DNA of 64,000 nt from Anaerolineales bacterium (GCA_016932475.1 JAFGCU010000025.1:30808-94807), one strand, 5' to 3'. Counted from the stretch's first letter, positions 1-9,614 are shown. Made by a program: numbers and translations. The notes: generated by a model from the sequence alone, not told the origin.

Positions 1-1542
1 CAACGGGGAAACCATCTGGATCTGGGTGGTCTGTTTGCGGATCTCCGCCAGCTCCGCGCCGGTCAGCGCCGGCCCGGAATCCACGATCGAAAGCACCACC
101 CATTCGCCCAAGGGGAGCTTATCGGCATTGTTGATCGCGAACGGCCCGCTCGGCTCCCCGCCCTTGAGCCGGAAAAGAACCAGGTCAATCGGCGTGCGGT
201 TGCTGCGCGCGATCGACCAGCCGATCAGCGTCTGCAGCCCGGATTGCGCCGCCTCCGATTTTCCGAAGACGTTCGGGAATTCTCCCACCATCTGGGTGAG
301 GATCGGGACCTTCTTCATCTCGGCCGCCGACCGCACCGCCATCAGCGCATCGCCGATCGCCTTGCGGTATTGGAACACTTCCGTCCCGGCCGGCGCGTTC
401 GGCGTCGCCTTCGGTTCGGCCGGAAGCCGCTTCAACCATTCCTCCACCTGCGCGCGCAGCTTCCATAAATTGGCGCGGTTCGGAAGGTTGGGATTGGTGC
501 CGACCACCTTGGCCACCTCGGCGATGAAGGTCATCATCGCCTGGCGGAACTCGGCGGGTGAGACGGCCGCGGGAAGCGGCGAAGTGCCGGATACGGCCGC
601 CGCGTCGCCGCCGGGCGAGCGCAGGAGCCGCTCCAGCGCCACGCCGGCCCAGGCCGCCAGCCCGCGCAGAAGCTGGACATGATGCTCGCTGAAATTCACC
701 TGCGCTGAACGGTTGTACACGCCCAGCACCCCGCCGATGCGGCCTTCGACCCAGATCGGCACATTCGCCAGGGTCTGGACCATGTAGCCGGTCTTTACCT
801 TCAGGTTGACCTGCCCGTCTTTCTGACGGACGACCGTCTGGCCGGATTTCACCACCTGGTTGACGAATTCGTCGGAAACGGAAATGCGGTTGGTCATCGC
901 CCGGCCGCCCTGGGCTTCCTTGCTCGCGCGCAGGATGATTTCTCCGGACGTATCCTCGAGCATGTAGAGGCCCGCGTCCTCCGCGCCGGTCAGGTAGGCG
1001 GCGGCTTCCACGATCTGCCGCAGGAGCAGGTCCGCCTGGCGGGTTTGGGTGACGGCGCGGCCGACGTCGAGCAGCGAACGCAATTCCTCGTTGCGGCGGC
1101 GCAATTGCTCGATATTGGCGCGCAACTCGTCGACGCTTTGCCGCTCGCCGGCCTGGACCGAGGATTGACGAAAAGCGTTCAACAGGGATTGGACGATGTC
1201 GTCGGGTTTGCAGGGCTTGAGGAGAAAATCCTTGACCCCGAGGCGGAACAGATCCCGCGCGAGTTCCGGGTTGATCCGGCTGGCCATCACGATCGCCGGG
1301 GAGGTTTCCCCCTGCTCCCGCCGCTGCCGCAATCCGGTGACCTGGAGCCCCTGCAGCTGGGTCAGGTCTATGGCCAGCACGTCGGCCGGGGGCGAATCCG
1401 GCCGTGAGACTTCCGCCGGGAATCCTCTCGGAAGCAGGACTTCGCGCACAAGCCACTCGCCGGATTCTGGCATATCCGCGAGCACGAGCACACGCGGAAG
1501 GGCTTGACGGATGTTTCCTGTTTTCGATGGTGAAGCTGCCAT
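1..1542 (-). CDS. REC-GAF-HATPase-like signalling protein, runs off the window start (3' partial)
   Basis: Not in the ORF track (open to window edge); translated by hand from ATG at 1542: MAASPSKTGNIRQALPRVLVLAD..DVLAIDLT..GVKDFLLKP (receiver), LLRQIVEAAAYLTGAEDAGLYML..GVLGVYNR (GAF), WVVLSIVDSGP (ATPase-like G1 region). Confidence 0.85.
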   Translation of the reverse strand, partial: MAASPSKTGNIRQALPRVLVLADMPESGEWLVREVLLPRGFPAEVSRPDSPPADVLAIDLTQLQGLQVTGLRQRREQGETSPAIVMASRINPELARDLFRLGVKDFLLKPCKPDDIVQSLLNAFRQSSVQAGERQSVDELRANIEQLRRRNEELRSLLDVGRAVTQTRQADLLLRQIVEAAAYLTGAEDAGLYMLEDTSGEIILRASKEAQGGRAMTNRISVSDEFVNQVVKSGQTVVRQKDGQVNLKVKTGYMVQTLANVPIWVEGRIGGVLGVYNRSAQVNFSEHHVQLLRGLAAWAGVALERLLRSPGGDAAAVSGTSPLPAAVSPAEFRQAMMTFIAEVAKVVGTNPNLPNRANLWKLRAQVEEWLKRLPAEPKATPNAPAGTEVFQYRKAIGDALMAVRSAAEMKKVPILTQMVGEFPNVFGKSEAAQSGLQTLIGWSIARSNRTPIDLVLFRLKGGEPSGPFAINNADKLPLGEWVVLSIVDSGPALTGAELAEIRKQTTQIQMVSPL

Positions 1543-1809
1543 GCGGAAAACCGGCTCCGCTGAGAAAATGCGGCCTCCATACCATCACGGGAGGAGTCCG
1601 ACGAACCGATTGTACTATAGGAAGGAAAACCCCATCCTCGCGCAGCTCAACCGTCCCGCGGCAATGCTGCGTTCCTTCGAACGTATTCGCTTTTCCAGGA
1701 TGCCATCGAATGCGGCCGGCGCGGCCGTCTGACATGCCGCCGAATGGTCCGGTTCAAGCCGGATCAGGACGGCGGATTGTGATGTCGGGGAATGCGCCGG
1801 ATCGGGGGC

Positions 1810-1959
1810 CTACCGGGCGGCGGAATCCTTTCCGGCATCCCACTCCCTGCGAAGGGTGCGGATGCCCTTGCGGACCCACCCGGCCAACCCGAAGATCCAC
1901 CCCGCGCCGAAGATCATTACGAGGATGAGAACAATAAGAATAATTTCACCGAATCCCAT
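1810..1959 (-). CDS. tatA: TatA/E-like small membrane protein, 49 aa
   Basis: Hand translation MGFGEIILIVLILVMIFGAGWIFGLAGWVRKGIRTLRREWDAGKDSAAR; GxxE + TM helix + FG hinge + amphipathic KGIR; GGAGG 10 nt upstream. Confidence 0.65.
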   Translation of the reverse strand: MGFGEIILIVLILVMIFGAGWIFGLAGWVRKGIRTLRREWDAGKDSAAR

Positions 1960-1992
1960 GCTTGGTTCGCCTCCCGGCGCGCCGGATTGATC

Positions 1993-3315
1993 CTATCCCT
2001 TATTATACGGCGGTTCGCTTTCGGGCGCCGTGCCCTGCCCGGAGGCAAACAGCGCCGCTCGGGACGGCAGCGACGCCCCGGTGAACCATCCGGCGGCGAT
2101 CCCCGCAGCGGCGATCAAAAACACAACCCGGTAACCCCAAGCGTCCGCCAGGGCGCCCCCGATGAACGGGAACAGCACGATCACCCCGACAATCGTGTTG
2201 GTCAGCCCGACATACACCGGCCGCTGGCCCTGCGGTGCGATCTCGAGGACGTAATTAATGAAACCCAGCATAATCGATCCGTCGCCCAGCCCCAGGAACA
2301 GGAACGCCGCCGCCATCAGGGCCAGCTGCGCCGGTCCGCTTACCCCGGCAATCCCCGCCGCCAGTACCAGGCAGGGCGCCAGCAGGTAAACGCCCCCGAC
2401 GATCCGGATAACGATATGCGGTCCGAAACGGTCGGCGACCCACCCGAAGAGCAAACCGGCCAGCGCGCTGCCGACCGTCTGGGCAATGGCGAACCAGCCG
2501 ACCCCGGCTTCGGCGATCCCGAGTTCCCGGATGGCATACACGGCGAAAAACGGCGAAGCCATCACGCACAACGCCATCAGCAGGCGGGAGACGTTCACCC
2601 GCAGAAAGGTCCGGTCCTCATGGAGTAACCGCACCAATCCGGGGAGGTATTCGAATATTTTCTGCCGCTCGGCCGCGACCGGTTCGAGCGGTTCCCGGAT
2701 CAGGTACATCCCGCCGAGCGAGATCATGAAGCACACGGAGGCGCACGCCAGGATCAGCCCGTAATTTTGCGGGAAGGCCAGCCCCGAGGATTGGAGGATC
2801 CAACCGATCGCCGCGCCGGCCGCGATCGAGAGAATGCCCGCGAGCGCCTGGCTGGTGCCGATCAACCGCCCGCGCTCGCGGTGCGAGAAGGTCTTCCCCA
2901 GCAGGTCGAACCAGGCCACGCCGGCGATGGAATCCGTGAAGCTGAAATAAAAACTGCAAAAATAAAGCCCGAGCAGGAACACCGCCGGCCAGACCGCCCC
3001 GGAGAGGAGAAGAAAGACGCCGAACACGAGGAAGATGGGGCGGCCGATCCAGGCGAAGAACTTGATCGTCGGCAGCTTCCGCACCGCGGTCGAAAGATAA
3101 TGCGCGGCGAACATCTGCGGCAGCAGCCACCCGCCCTGCCACAACGCGTTGGCCAGGCCGATCAGGATGGGGTTATCCGTCAGGTTGGCGGCGAAGGCGG
3201 GCAGGATCGTGTTGGTTCCCGCGAAGGTCAAACCGATGCTGAAGAAGACGTAATCCGTGAGGAAGCCGAGCCAGTTGCGGGTGTGGTCTCGGCGGGAAAA
3301 GGTGGAGAGCGCCAT
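1993..3315 (-). CDS. MFS transporter
   Basis: 440 aa, about 12 hydrophobic segments, FGWVADRFG motif-A-like sequence. Confidence 0.9.
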   Translation of the reverse strand: MALSTFSRRDHTRNWLGFLTDYVFFSIGLTFAGTNTILPAFAANLTDNPILIGLANALWQGGWLLPQMFAAHYLSTAVRKLPTIKFFAWIGRPIFLVFGVFLLLSGAVWPAVFLLGLYFCSFYFSFTDSIAGVAWFDLLGKTFSHRERGRLIGTSQALAGILSIAAGAAIGWILQSSGLAFPQNYGLILACASVCFMISLGGMYLIREPLEPVAAERQKIFEYLPGLVRLLHEDRTFLRVNVSRLLMALCVMASPFFAVYAIRELGIAEAGVGWFAIAQTVGSALAGLLFGWVADRFGPHIVIRIVGGVYLLAPCLVLAAGIAGVSGPAQLALMAAAFLFLGLGDGSIMLGFINYVLEIAPQGQRPVYVGLTNTIVGVIVLFPFIGGALADAWGYRVVFLIAAAGIAAGWFTGASLPSRAALFASGQGTAPESEPPYNKG

Positions 3316-3322
3316 TCGGCCG

Positions 3323-3431
3323 ATTATAACCCTACCCCTCTTTCCTCCCCCATTTGCGTCAGAAAGATTCTAAAAAAAAAATAGAGACCCTCGTGACGCA
3401 AACGGGGGAGGATGAAGGAGGGGGTTATAAT
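3323..3431. promoter_or_regulatory. Back-to-back TATAAT -10 boxes flanking a palindromic element between divergent genes
   Basis: attata at 3323-3328 (TATAAT on minus, 7 nt before the MFS ATG) and tataat at 3426-3431; hairpin cctcccccatttgcgtca / tgacgcaaacgggggagg between them. Confidence 0.6.
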
Positions 3432-3457
3432 TCCTGTGATCCGAACTGGGAGAGGGC

Positions 3458-5023
3458 ATGAAACCATCATTGCGCTTTTTATCGCTCGCCGTTTTCGTTT
3501 CCGGCATGACCGCCCTGGCGGTGGAGCTGGCCGCGTCGCGCCTGCTCGGAAATGTGTTCGGCACCAGCAACCTGGTGTGGGCCAACATCATCGGGTTGAT
3601 CCTGGTCTACCTCACCGCCGGGTATTTTATCGGCGGTCGCTGGGCGGATCGCAATCCGAACCCTTCGGTGTTCTACCGGATCATGGCCTGGGCGGCGCTC
3701 ACCACGGCGGTGGTGCCGGTCGTCAGCCGGCCGGTCCTGCTGTGGGCGGCGGCCGCGGTGGAACAGCTCGACGCGGCGATCGTGCTCGGGTCCTTCGGCG
3801 CGGTGCTGATTCTTTTCTCGGTTCCGGTCACGCTGATGGGCTGCATTTCGCCCTTCGCCATCCGGCTGGCGATCCAGGATGTGAATGCCGCCGGCAACAT
3901 CGCCGGCCGGCTGTATGCCGTCTCCACCCTCGGATCGATCATCGGCACGTTTCTGCCGGTGCTGTGGCTGATCCCCGCCATCGGTACCGCGCGCACGTTC
4001 TTCGTCTTCGCGGCCCTGCTCCTCCTGGTGGCGCTGATCGGGCTTTGGCGGACGGACCGGCGGATGGCGCGGAATCATCTATGGATGCCGCTGGTCCTCC
4101 TCGGCCTGTATCTTCTCGGCACGGGGCTCTCGATTAAAAACACTCCCGGCCAGCTTTATGAACGGGAATCCGCCTACAACTACATTCAGGTCGTGGAATT
4201 GGAGGGCGTGCGCTACCTGCGATTAAATGAAGGCGAGGGGATGCACTCGGTGTATGCGCCGGGGCTCCTCCTGACCGGCGGGACGTGGGATTATTTTCTC
4301 GCCGCGCCGTTTTTCAACGCGCCGCCGCGCGGGATGGCGCAGGTGGAGAGCCTTGCGATCGTGGGGCTCGCGGCCGGAACCGCCGCCATGCAATACACGA
4401 AAATCTACGGGCCGATCCCGATCGAAGGGTACGAGATCGATCCGGTGATCATCGACGTGGGCCGCGAATATTTCGGGATGACCGAAGCGAACCTGGAGGC
4501 GCTCCCCGTCGACGGGCGCTGGGGATTGAGCCACAGCCGGCGCGCCTTTTCGGTGATCGCGATCGACGCGTACCGGCCGCCCTACATTCCCCCGCACCTG
4601 ACCACGCTCGAATTCTTCCAGACGGTCCGCGACCGCCTGGGGCCGGACGGCGTGGTGACGATCAACGTCGCCCGTCTTCCGGACGACCGCCGCCTAATCG
4701 AAGGCCTGGCCGCGACGATGCAGGCGGTGTTCCCGAGCGTGTATGTGACCGACGTCCCCTACAGCATGAACAGCATCCTGTTTGCGACCGCCCAACCCAC
4801 GACAATCCAGAATCTCCTCGATAACTACAAGGCGCTGAAAACCGGGGGCGAAGCGCCGCTCGAGCTCCTGACCGTGCTGGAGTGGACAATTCAGAACCTG
4901 CAGCCCACCCCGGCGAACGGGATGGTCTACACCGACGACCGCGCGCCGATCGAATTGCTCACCAACGCGATGGTCGTCCAATTCGTGCTGTCCGGCCGGC
5001 TGCCCATGCTGGCGCCGCAGTGA
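3458..5023 (+). CDS. Fused membrane domain / spermidine-synthase-like SAM-dependent protein
   Basis: N-terminal TM helices, YERESAYNYIQV, LAIVGLAAGT SAM loop, EIDPVI, VIAIDAY, PPHLTTLEFF, YTDDRAP. Confidence 0.9.
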   Translation: MKPSLRFLSLAVFVSGMTALAVELAASRLLGNVFGTSNLVWANIIGLILVYLTAGYFIGGRWADRNPNPSVFYRIMAWAALTTAVVPVVSRPVLLWAAAAVEQLDAAIVLGSFGAVLILFSVPVTLMGCISPFAIRLAIQDVNAAGNIAGRLYAVSTLGSIIGTFLPVLWLIPAIGTARTFFVFAALLLLVALIGLWRTDRRMARNHLWMPLVLLGLYLLGTGLSIKNTPGQLYERESAYNYIQVVELEGVRYLRLNEGEGMHSVYAPGLLLTGGTWDYFLAAPFFNAPPRGMAQVESLAIVGLAAGTAAMQYTKIYGPIPIEGYEIDPVIIDVGREYFGMTEANLEALPVDGRWGLSHSRRAFSVIAIDAYRPPYIPPHLTTLEFFQTVRDRLGPDGVVTINVARLPDDRRLIEGLAATMQAVFPSVYVTDVPYSMNSILFATAQPTTIQNLLDNYKALKTGGEAPLELLTVLEWTIQNLQPTPANGMVYTDDRAPIELLTNAMVVQFVLSGRLPMLAPQ

Positions 5024-5037
5024 GAAAGGGCCCGCCC

Positions 5038-5715
5038 ATGAAAAAGATCCTCCGCCTATTCCTGATCGCCTCCTTCCCGCTGCTGCTGTTTCTGGGTTGG
5101 GTGCGGATTATGCTGTTCCCGGCGTTTGTCGAACTCGAGTACCGGCGGCCGGGATTCCCCGCCGACCCGTACGGCTTTACGGCCGAGGAGCGCATCCAAT
5201 GGGCGAATATCTCCCGCGCATACCTTCTCTCGGATGCCGGTGATGAATTCTTCGCGCAGTACCGGCTGGCGGACGGTTCGCCGCTCTACAACGAGCGCGA
5301 AGTCCGGCATATGGCGGATGTGCATCGCATTGTCCAGACGGCGATGGTTCTGCTCGCCGCGCTCGGCATCCTCTACCTGGCCGGCTGCGCTTTTTTATTC
5401 TGGAAGGATCGCGGCCTTCTGCGCAGGACGCTTGCCACGGCGGGCCTCGGGACCTTCGGCTTCCTGATCCTCGTGCTTGTCACCGTCGCCCTGGCCTGGG
5501 ATTGGGCCTTCGTGGGTTTTCACCGGGTCTTCTTCACCGGCGAGACCTGGCTCTTCCCGTATTCGGATACGCTGATCCGGCTGTTCCCGGTCGCCTTCTG
5601 GCAGGATGGATTCGCGACAGCCGTGACCGGCATGCTCGTCACCTGCCTGCTGGTCTGGTTCGGCGCGGCGATCCTTCCGCGATTGTCGCAGAGGAAACCC
5701 CCGGCGGCGGATTAA
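5038..5715 (+). CDS. TIGR01906/DUF1461-like integral membrane protein
   Basis: Start MKKILRLF at 5038; EVRHMADV, FHRVFF..W.F..SDTLIRLFP motifs. Confidence 0.8.
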   Translation: MKKILRLFLIASFPLLLFLGWVRIMLFPAFVELEYRRPGFPADPYGFTAEERIQWANISRAYLLSDAGDEFFAQYRLADGSPLYNEREVRHMADVHRIVQTAMVLLAALGILYLAGCAFLFWKDRGLLRRTLATAGLGTFGFLILVLVTVALAWDWAFVGFHRVFFTGETWLFPYSDTLIRLFPVAFWQDGFATAVTGMLVTCLLVWFGAAILPRLSQRKPPAAD

Positions 5716-5812
5716 CCCAACCGGTTATATCCATTTCTCCCGGTCCGGTGCGGATCCTTTCAAACGTCTGCTGTTTTTTCGCGCGGCATCCGCCCGATCT
5801 TCCCATTTACCG

Positions 5813-5980
5813 CACCCTTGGCTCTGCAGGAAAATATGGTGTGATATCCAGACACCCTTGGGGTGCAGGGGAAACTTACCCCCCCTGTGGCACCCTTAGG
5901 GTGAGGCAACCCTTGTCTACCTTTCGGCACCCTTAGGGTTGAGGCAACCTTTGTTTACCCTTCGATACCCTTAGGGTCTG
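5813..5980. repeat. Tandem 37-40 bp repeat with palindromic core CACCCT-T-AGGGTG (5 copies)
   Basis: Core starts at 5813, 5853, 5891, 5928, 5966. Confidence 0.8.
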
Positions 5981-6091
5981 GAATTCCGAAAACCGCCGGA
6001 TTCCACGATCTCGGGTATCATTTAAGCGGTTTGCGCCGGTGGTTCGCCTGCGTTTATCCATTCCGATCGCAACGGTAATGCCTGGAGGCTT

Positions 6092-8509
6092 ATGAGGATC
6101 CGATCCGCCATTTTCCGGTCAGTGCTTGTCTCGCTTCTGGCCGGCCTGATCCTGGCCGGTTGTGGAACGGGCGGCAATCTTACCTACCCGATTGCCACGC
6201 CCCTGCCGCTCCCGACGTTTTCGGTCGCCTTCCTGGTGCGCGCACCCGCGGATTCTCCGGCGGGCGGGAAGGTCATCCTGAACATCCTCGATGAGGTGAC
6301 CGGGCTTACCTTAAATCCGACCAGCTACGAGATGAAGCAGATCGATGCCGGGCTGTGGCAGCTTCAGCTGGAGTTCCCCCGCAACGCCATGATCCACTAC
6401 CGCTACAGCCTCGGGAGCGGCGAGATCGAAGCTGGCTCGGGCTCGGGGATGGTGGATTACCGCACCTATTACGCGTCCGGGAACAACCAGGTTGAGGATA
6501 CGATTGCGCACTGGATCGGGACGGAATTCCACGGAACCACCGGGCGGATCCGCGGCCTCGTGCGCGACGCGGTCACCGGTCTGGCGATCCCGGGCCTGGT
6601 GATCGGAACCGCCGGGATGCGCACCATCACCGATACCAACGGCTACTACCTGCTCAGCGGGGTCCCGACCGGGAAGCAAACCCTGATCGCATTCGATGTG
6701 GACGGCGGCTACCGGCCGTTCATCCAGGAAGCGATCATCGCCGACGGACAGGATACCCCCGCCAACCTGGCGCTCTCTCCCGCGCCGCGGGTGACAGTCT
6801 CCTTCCATTTATATACCCCGCAGGTGGAGAATCCCCCCGGCGCGCAGATTCGGATGGTGGGCAATCTGCTGATGCTCGGGAATACCTTCCAGCCCGGCGC
6901 GGCATCGACGATGGTCGAACCGGCGCGCGCGCCGCTGATGACGCTCCTGAGCGACGGCACCTACGTCGTTTCGCTTTCCCTCCCGGTGGGCACCCACGTC
7001 CGCTACAAGTTCACCCTCGGCGACGGATTCTGGAACGCCGAACGCGACGCGCAGGGGCGGCTCGTCCTGCGCGACATGATCGTTCCGGAGCACGATGCGA
7101 TCGTCGAGAACGGGGTGATTACCTGGCAATCCGGCGAGCTCGGCCCGGTCACGTTCAACGCGGTGGCGCCCGCCAGCACACCCTCAGCCGAGAAGGTGTA
7201 TATCCAATTCAGCCCCTTCCAGGGCATTTGGATGCGACCGATCCCGATGTGGATGATCGGCCCCCAGCAATGGACCTACACCCTGGCAAGCCCGTTGGAA
7301 TGGCCGGGGCCGGTGGCCTACCGGTATTGCCGGACCGGGATGTGCGGATTGGCCGACGATCTGGCCACGGCCGGAGATCAAGCCGTCGGACGGATGTTCC
7401 AGGTGACCAACGCCGCGCAGACGATAGTGGATTCCGTGCTCGGCTGGTCCGCCTGGCCGGATACGGCGGCCGCCGTGATCCCCGCCCCGTCCGCATCCGT
7501 TCGACCCAGCCTGCGCTTCGGCGCGGTATTCTCCCCGGCGCGCTGGTCGCCGCCGTACGATTCCACCATCGCCGATCTGGTCGCGTTGCGCGCCGAGACG
7601 GTCTTCCTCAGTCCGCAGTGGTACCTCGGCGCGAATGCCCCGCTGCCGGAAATCCGCAATCTCCCGGAACTGGCCACTCCCCTGTACCAGGATGTGATGC
7701 TCCAGCTGGCGTACCTGCGGGCCGCCGGCATCCGGCCGGCGCTCTCCCCGACGGTCGGCGCGCTGACCGGCCTCACCTCCGACTGGTGGGATACCGCGCC
7801 GCGCGATACCGCCTGGTGGGATTCCTTCTTCCTCTCGTATGCGAATTTCCTGTTCACCTACGCCGACATCGCCCAGCGGAACGGCGTGGAGGAACTGGTG
7901 ATCGCGCGGGCCGACATGCTGCAGGCGATGCCCGGGCTGCCGGGGACTCCGGCCGACATTGAAACGCGCTGGCGTGTGCTGGTGCGCAACATCCGTCTGC
8001 GCTATGCCGGCAAACTGGTCGTGGAGTTTCCTCTCTCCGACGCATTCCCCGCCATCCCCCAGTTCTTCGATGAGATCGACGAAGTTCTGATCCGCACGAG
8101 CGGCCCGCTGACGGCGGGCAACAACTCCCCCGAGGAAATGAAAGCCGCCGCCGGCGCGCTGCTGGATGAAAAGCTGGCCGGCCTGCGCGCCTTGGGGAAA
8201 CCGATTCTTCTCGCGCCGGCCTACGCTTCGCTGGGCGGGGCGGATGCGGGCTGCCCGCGCGACGCGATGGGTTCCTGCCTGCCGGTTTCCGCGGTCCTTT
8301 CCGGAACCGGCCTGGCGCTCAGCCTGGCGCCGGATTTCGACGCCCAAACCCGGGCCTATCAGGCGCTGCTCCTGGCGGCCGCCGAACGCGATTGGATTTC
8401 GGGATTCTTCGCTTGGGGATATTACGCGCCGGTGGCGCTGCGCGACGCCTCGCCCTCCATTCACGGCAAGCCGGTGGAGCTCTTCCTGGCCGGCATGTTC
8501 AACCGGTGA
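6092..8509 (+). CDS. Lipoprotein with CBM20-like/Ig domains, carboxypeptidase-regulatory-like domain and C-terminal GH113-like TIM barrel
   Basis: Lipobox LILAGC; repeated V.F...P..T/G..LG...YRY(K)F domains; WWDSFFLSYANFL..YADIAQ..GVEELVI and GFFAWGY barrel motifs. Confidence 0.7.
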   Translation: MRIRSAIFRSVLVSLLAGLILAGCGTGGNLTYPIATPLPLPTFSVAFLVRAPADSPAGGKVILNILDEVTGLTLNPTSYEMKQIDAGLWQLQLEFPRNAMIHYRYSLGSGEIEAGSGSGMVDYRTYYASGNNQVEDTIAHWIGTEFHGTTGRIRGLVRDAVTGLAIPGLVIGTAGMRTITDTNGYYLLSGVPTGKQTLIAFDVDGGYRPFIQEAIIADGQDTPANLALSPAPRVTVSFHLYTPQVENPPGAQIRMVGNLLMLGNTFQPGAASTMVEPARAPLMTLLSDGTYVVSLSLPVGTHVRYKFTLGDGFWNAERDAQGRLVLRDMIVPEHDAIVENGVITWQSGELGPVTFNAVAPASTPSAEKVYIQFSPFQGIWMRPIPMWMIGPQQWTYTLASPLEWPGPVAYRYCRTGMCGLADDLATAGDQAVGRMFQVTNAAQTIVDSVLGWSAWPDTAAAVIPAPSASVRPSLRFGAVFSPARWSPPYDSTIADLVALRAETVFLSPQWYLGANAPLPEIRNLPELATPLYQDVMLQLAYLRAAGIRPALSPTVGALTGLTSDWWDTAPRDTAWWDSFFLSYANFLFTYADIAQRNGVEELVIARADMLQAMPGLPGTPADIETRWRVLVRNIRLRYAGKLVVEFPLSDAFPAIPQFFDEIDEVLIRTSGPLTAGNNSPEEMKAAAGALLDEKLAGLRALGKPILLAPAYASLGGADAGCPRDAMGSCLPVSAVLSGTGLALSLAPDFDAQTRAYQALLLAAAERDWISGFFAWGYYAPVALRDASPSIHGKPVELFLAGMFNR

Positions 8510-8565
8510 TGCTGTCGGGAGTGCGCAAATCCTCGCAGCAGCCGCGATCGATGATCGCGGGAGTA

Positions 8566-8604
8566 AAAAAAAGTGCCGCGATCGGCGATCGCGGCACTTT
8601 TTTT
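8566..8604. terminator. Bidirectional intrinsic terminator
   Basis: A7-gtgccgcgatc-ggc-gatcgcggcac-T7 perfect hairpin between convergent genes. Confidence 0.9.
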
Positions 8605-8612
8605 GCGCGGCT

Positions 8613-9614
8613 TCATTTTTTCGCAGCGGTTTTTTCCAGCTGCTGATTTTTCCCGATGATCCACTCCAGCAACAGCGGGTACGTGCGCGCGTTCTGCTGG
8701 TTGGGCTGGGACGGCTCGATGAAATCGTGATCCAGCTTCCAGGAAGCCTCGAACTGCCGGTGCGTGACCGGGATGCCGAGTTGACGCCACTCCCGGAGCA
8801 CCCTCCCGATCATGACGTTGCTCACCGCCCAATCACTCGGATTGGTGACGACGATCAGTTCCTTCCCCGCGGGGGGCTCTTTTTTTACCCGGCTTCGCAC
8901 GGCATACGCCAGGCGCAGAATTTGCCGGAGCGCCCGCAGGGAATAACGCGGGTATGTGTGTCCCGGCACACCCCGGTTTTTCTTAATCGGATCCCACCAT
9001 ATATAAATGTTTGGAAGCAAGCCGAACAAATTGACCATCGGGAGAGTTAGTCTCCAAGGTATCATCCGGAACCCGAAGGCGGGGGCCATGAGGACGGCGG
9101 CGGAGACGTCCGCGCGAGTTGCCCAGGCCCAGGCGCTGACCACGCCGCCGCAGGAAATGCCCGCGAAGGTCACCCGCCGTCCGATCCCCCGGGCGATATC
9201 CGCCATCTCATCGGCATACGCCGCAAGCTCCTCCGCCGTTAGCCCCGACTGGACGTCGTTCATCCGATCCGTCAGACCATGGCGGGGAAGATTCGCGATC
9301 AGGACGTTGTACCCCCGCTGGTGAAACATCTCCCCCAACTTGACATACTGGCGCGGGCAATTGGTGTATCCGTGGACAAAAACAATCGCCTGATCGGTCC
9401 GTTCGCCGTGGGTCATGAATTCCAGACGGGCTTCCGGGATTATTCGCACCCCTTCGCGATCGCGGATGGCGGAAATCCTACGCTCGGCTTCTGCATAATC
9501 GCCGGCGGGATTAGGCCGGGAGAGGAGATTTCCGACGGATATCGGCCGGAACAGTAGCAATCCGAGTCCGATGAGGATGACGGCTGGAATCAGAATATAC
9601 AGTGACATGGACAT
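8613..9614 (-). CDS. Alpha/beta hydrolase (esterase/lipase-like), N-terminal anchor
   Basis: VFVHGY oxyanion motif, NLPRHG, nucleophile elbow GISCGG, LDHD C-terminal His. Confidence 0.9.
   Translation of the reverse strand: MSMSLYILIPAVILIGLGLLLFRPISVGNLLSRPNPAGDYAEAERRISAIRDREGVRIIPEARLEFMTHGERTDQAIVFVHGYTNCPRQYVKLGEMFHQRGYNVLIANLPRHGLTDRMNDVQSGLTAEELAAYADEMADIARGIGRRVTFAGISCGGVVSAWAWATRADVSAAVLMAPAFGFRMIPWRLTLPMVNLFGLLPNIYIWWDPIKKNRGVPGHTYPRYSLRALRQILRLAYAVRSRVKKEPPAGKELIVVTNPSDWAVSNVMIGRVLREWRQLGIPVTHRQFEASWKLDHDFIEPSQPNQQNARTYPLLLEWIIGKNQQLEKTAAKK

Noticed and set aside
185-1735. 516-aa ORF from the track
   Set aside because: Wrong frame, Arg/Gly/Pro-rich; the overlapping frame 1542 to <1 gives a coherent REC-GAF protein.
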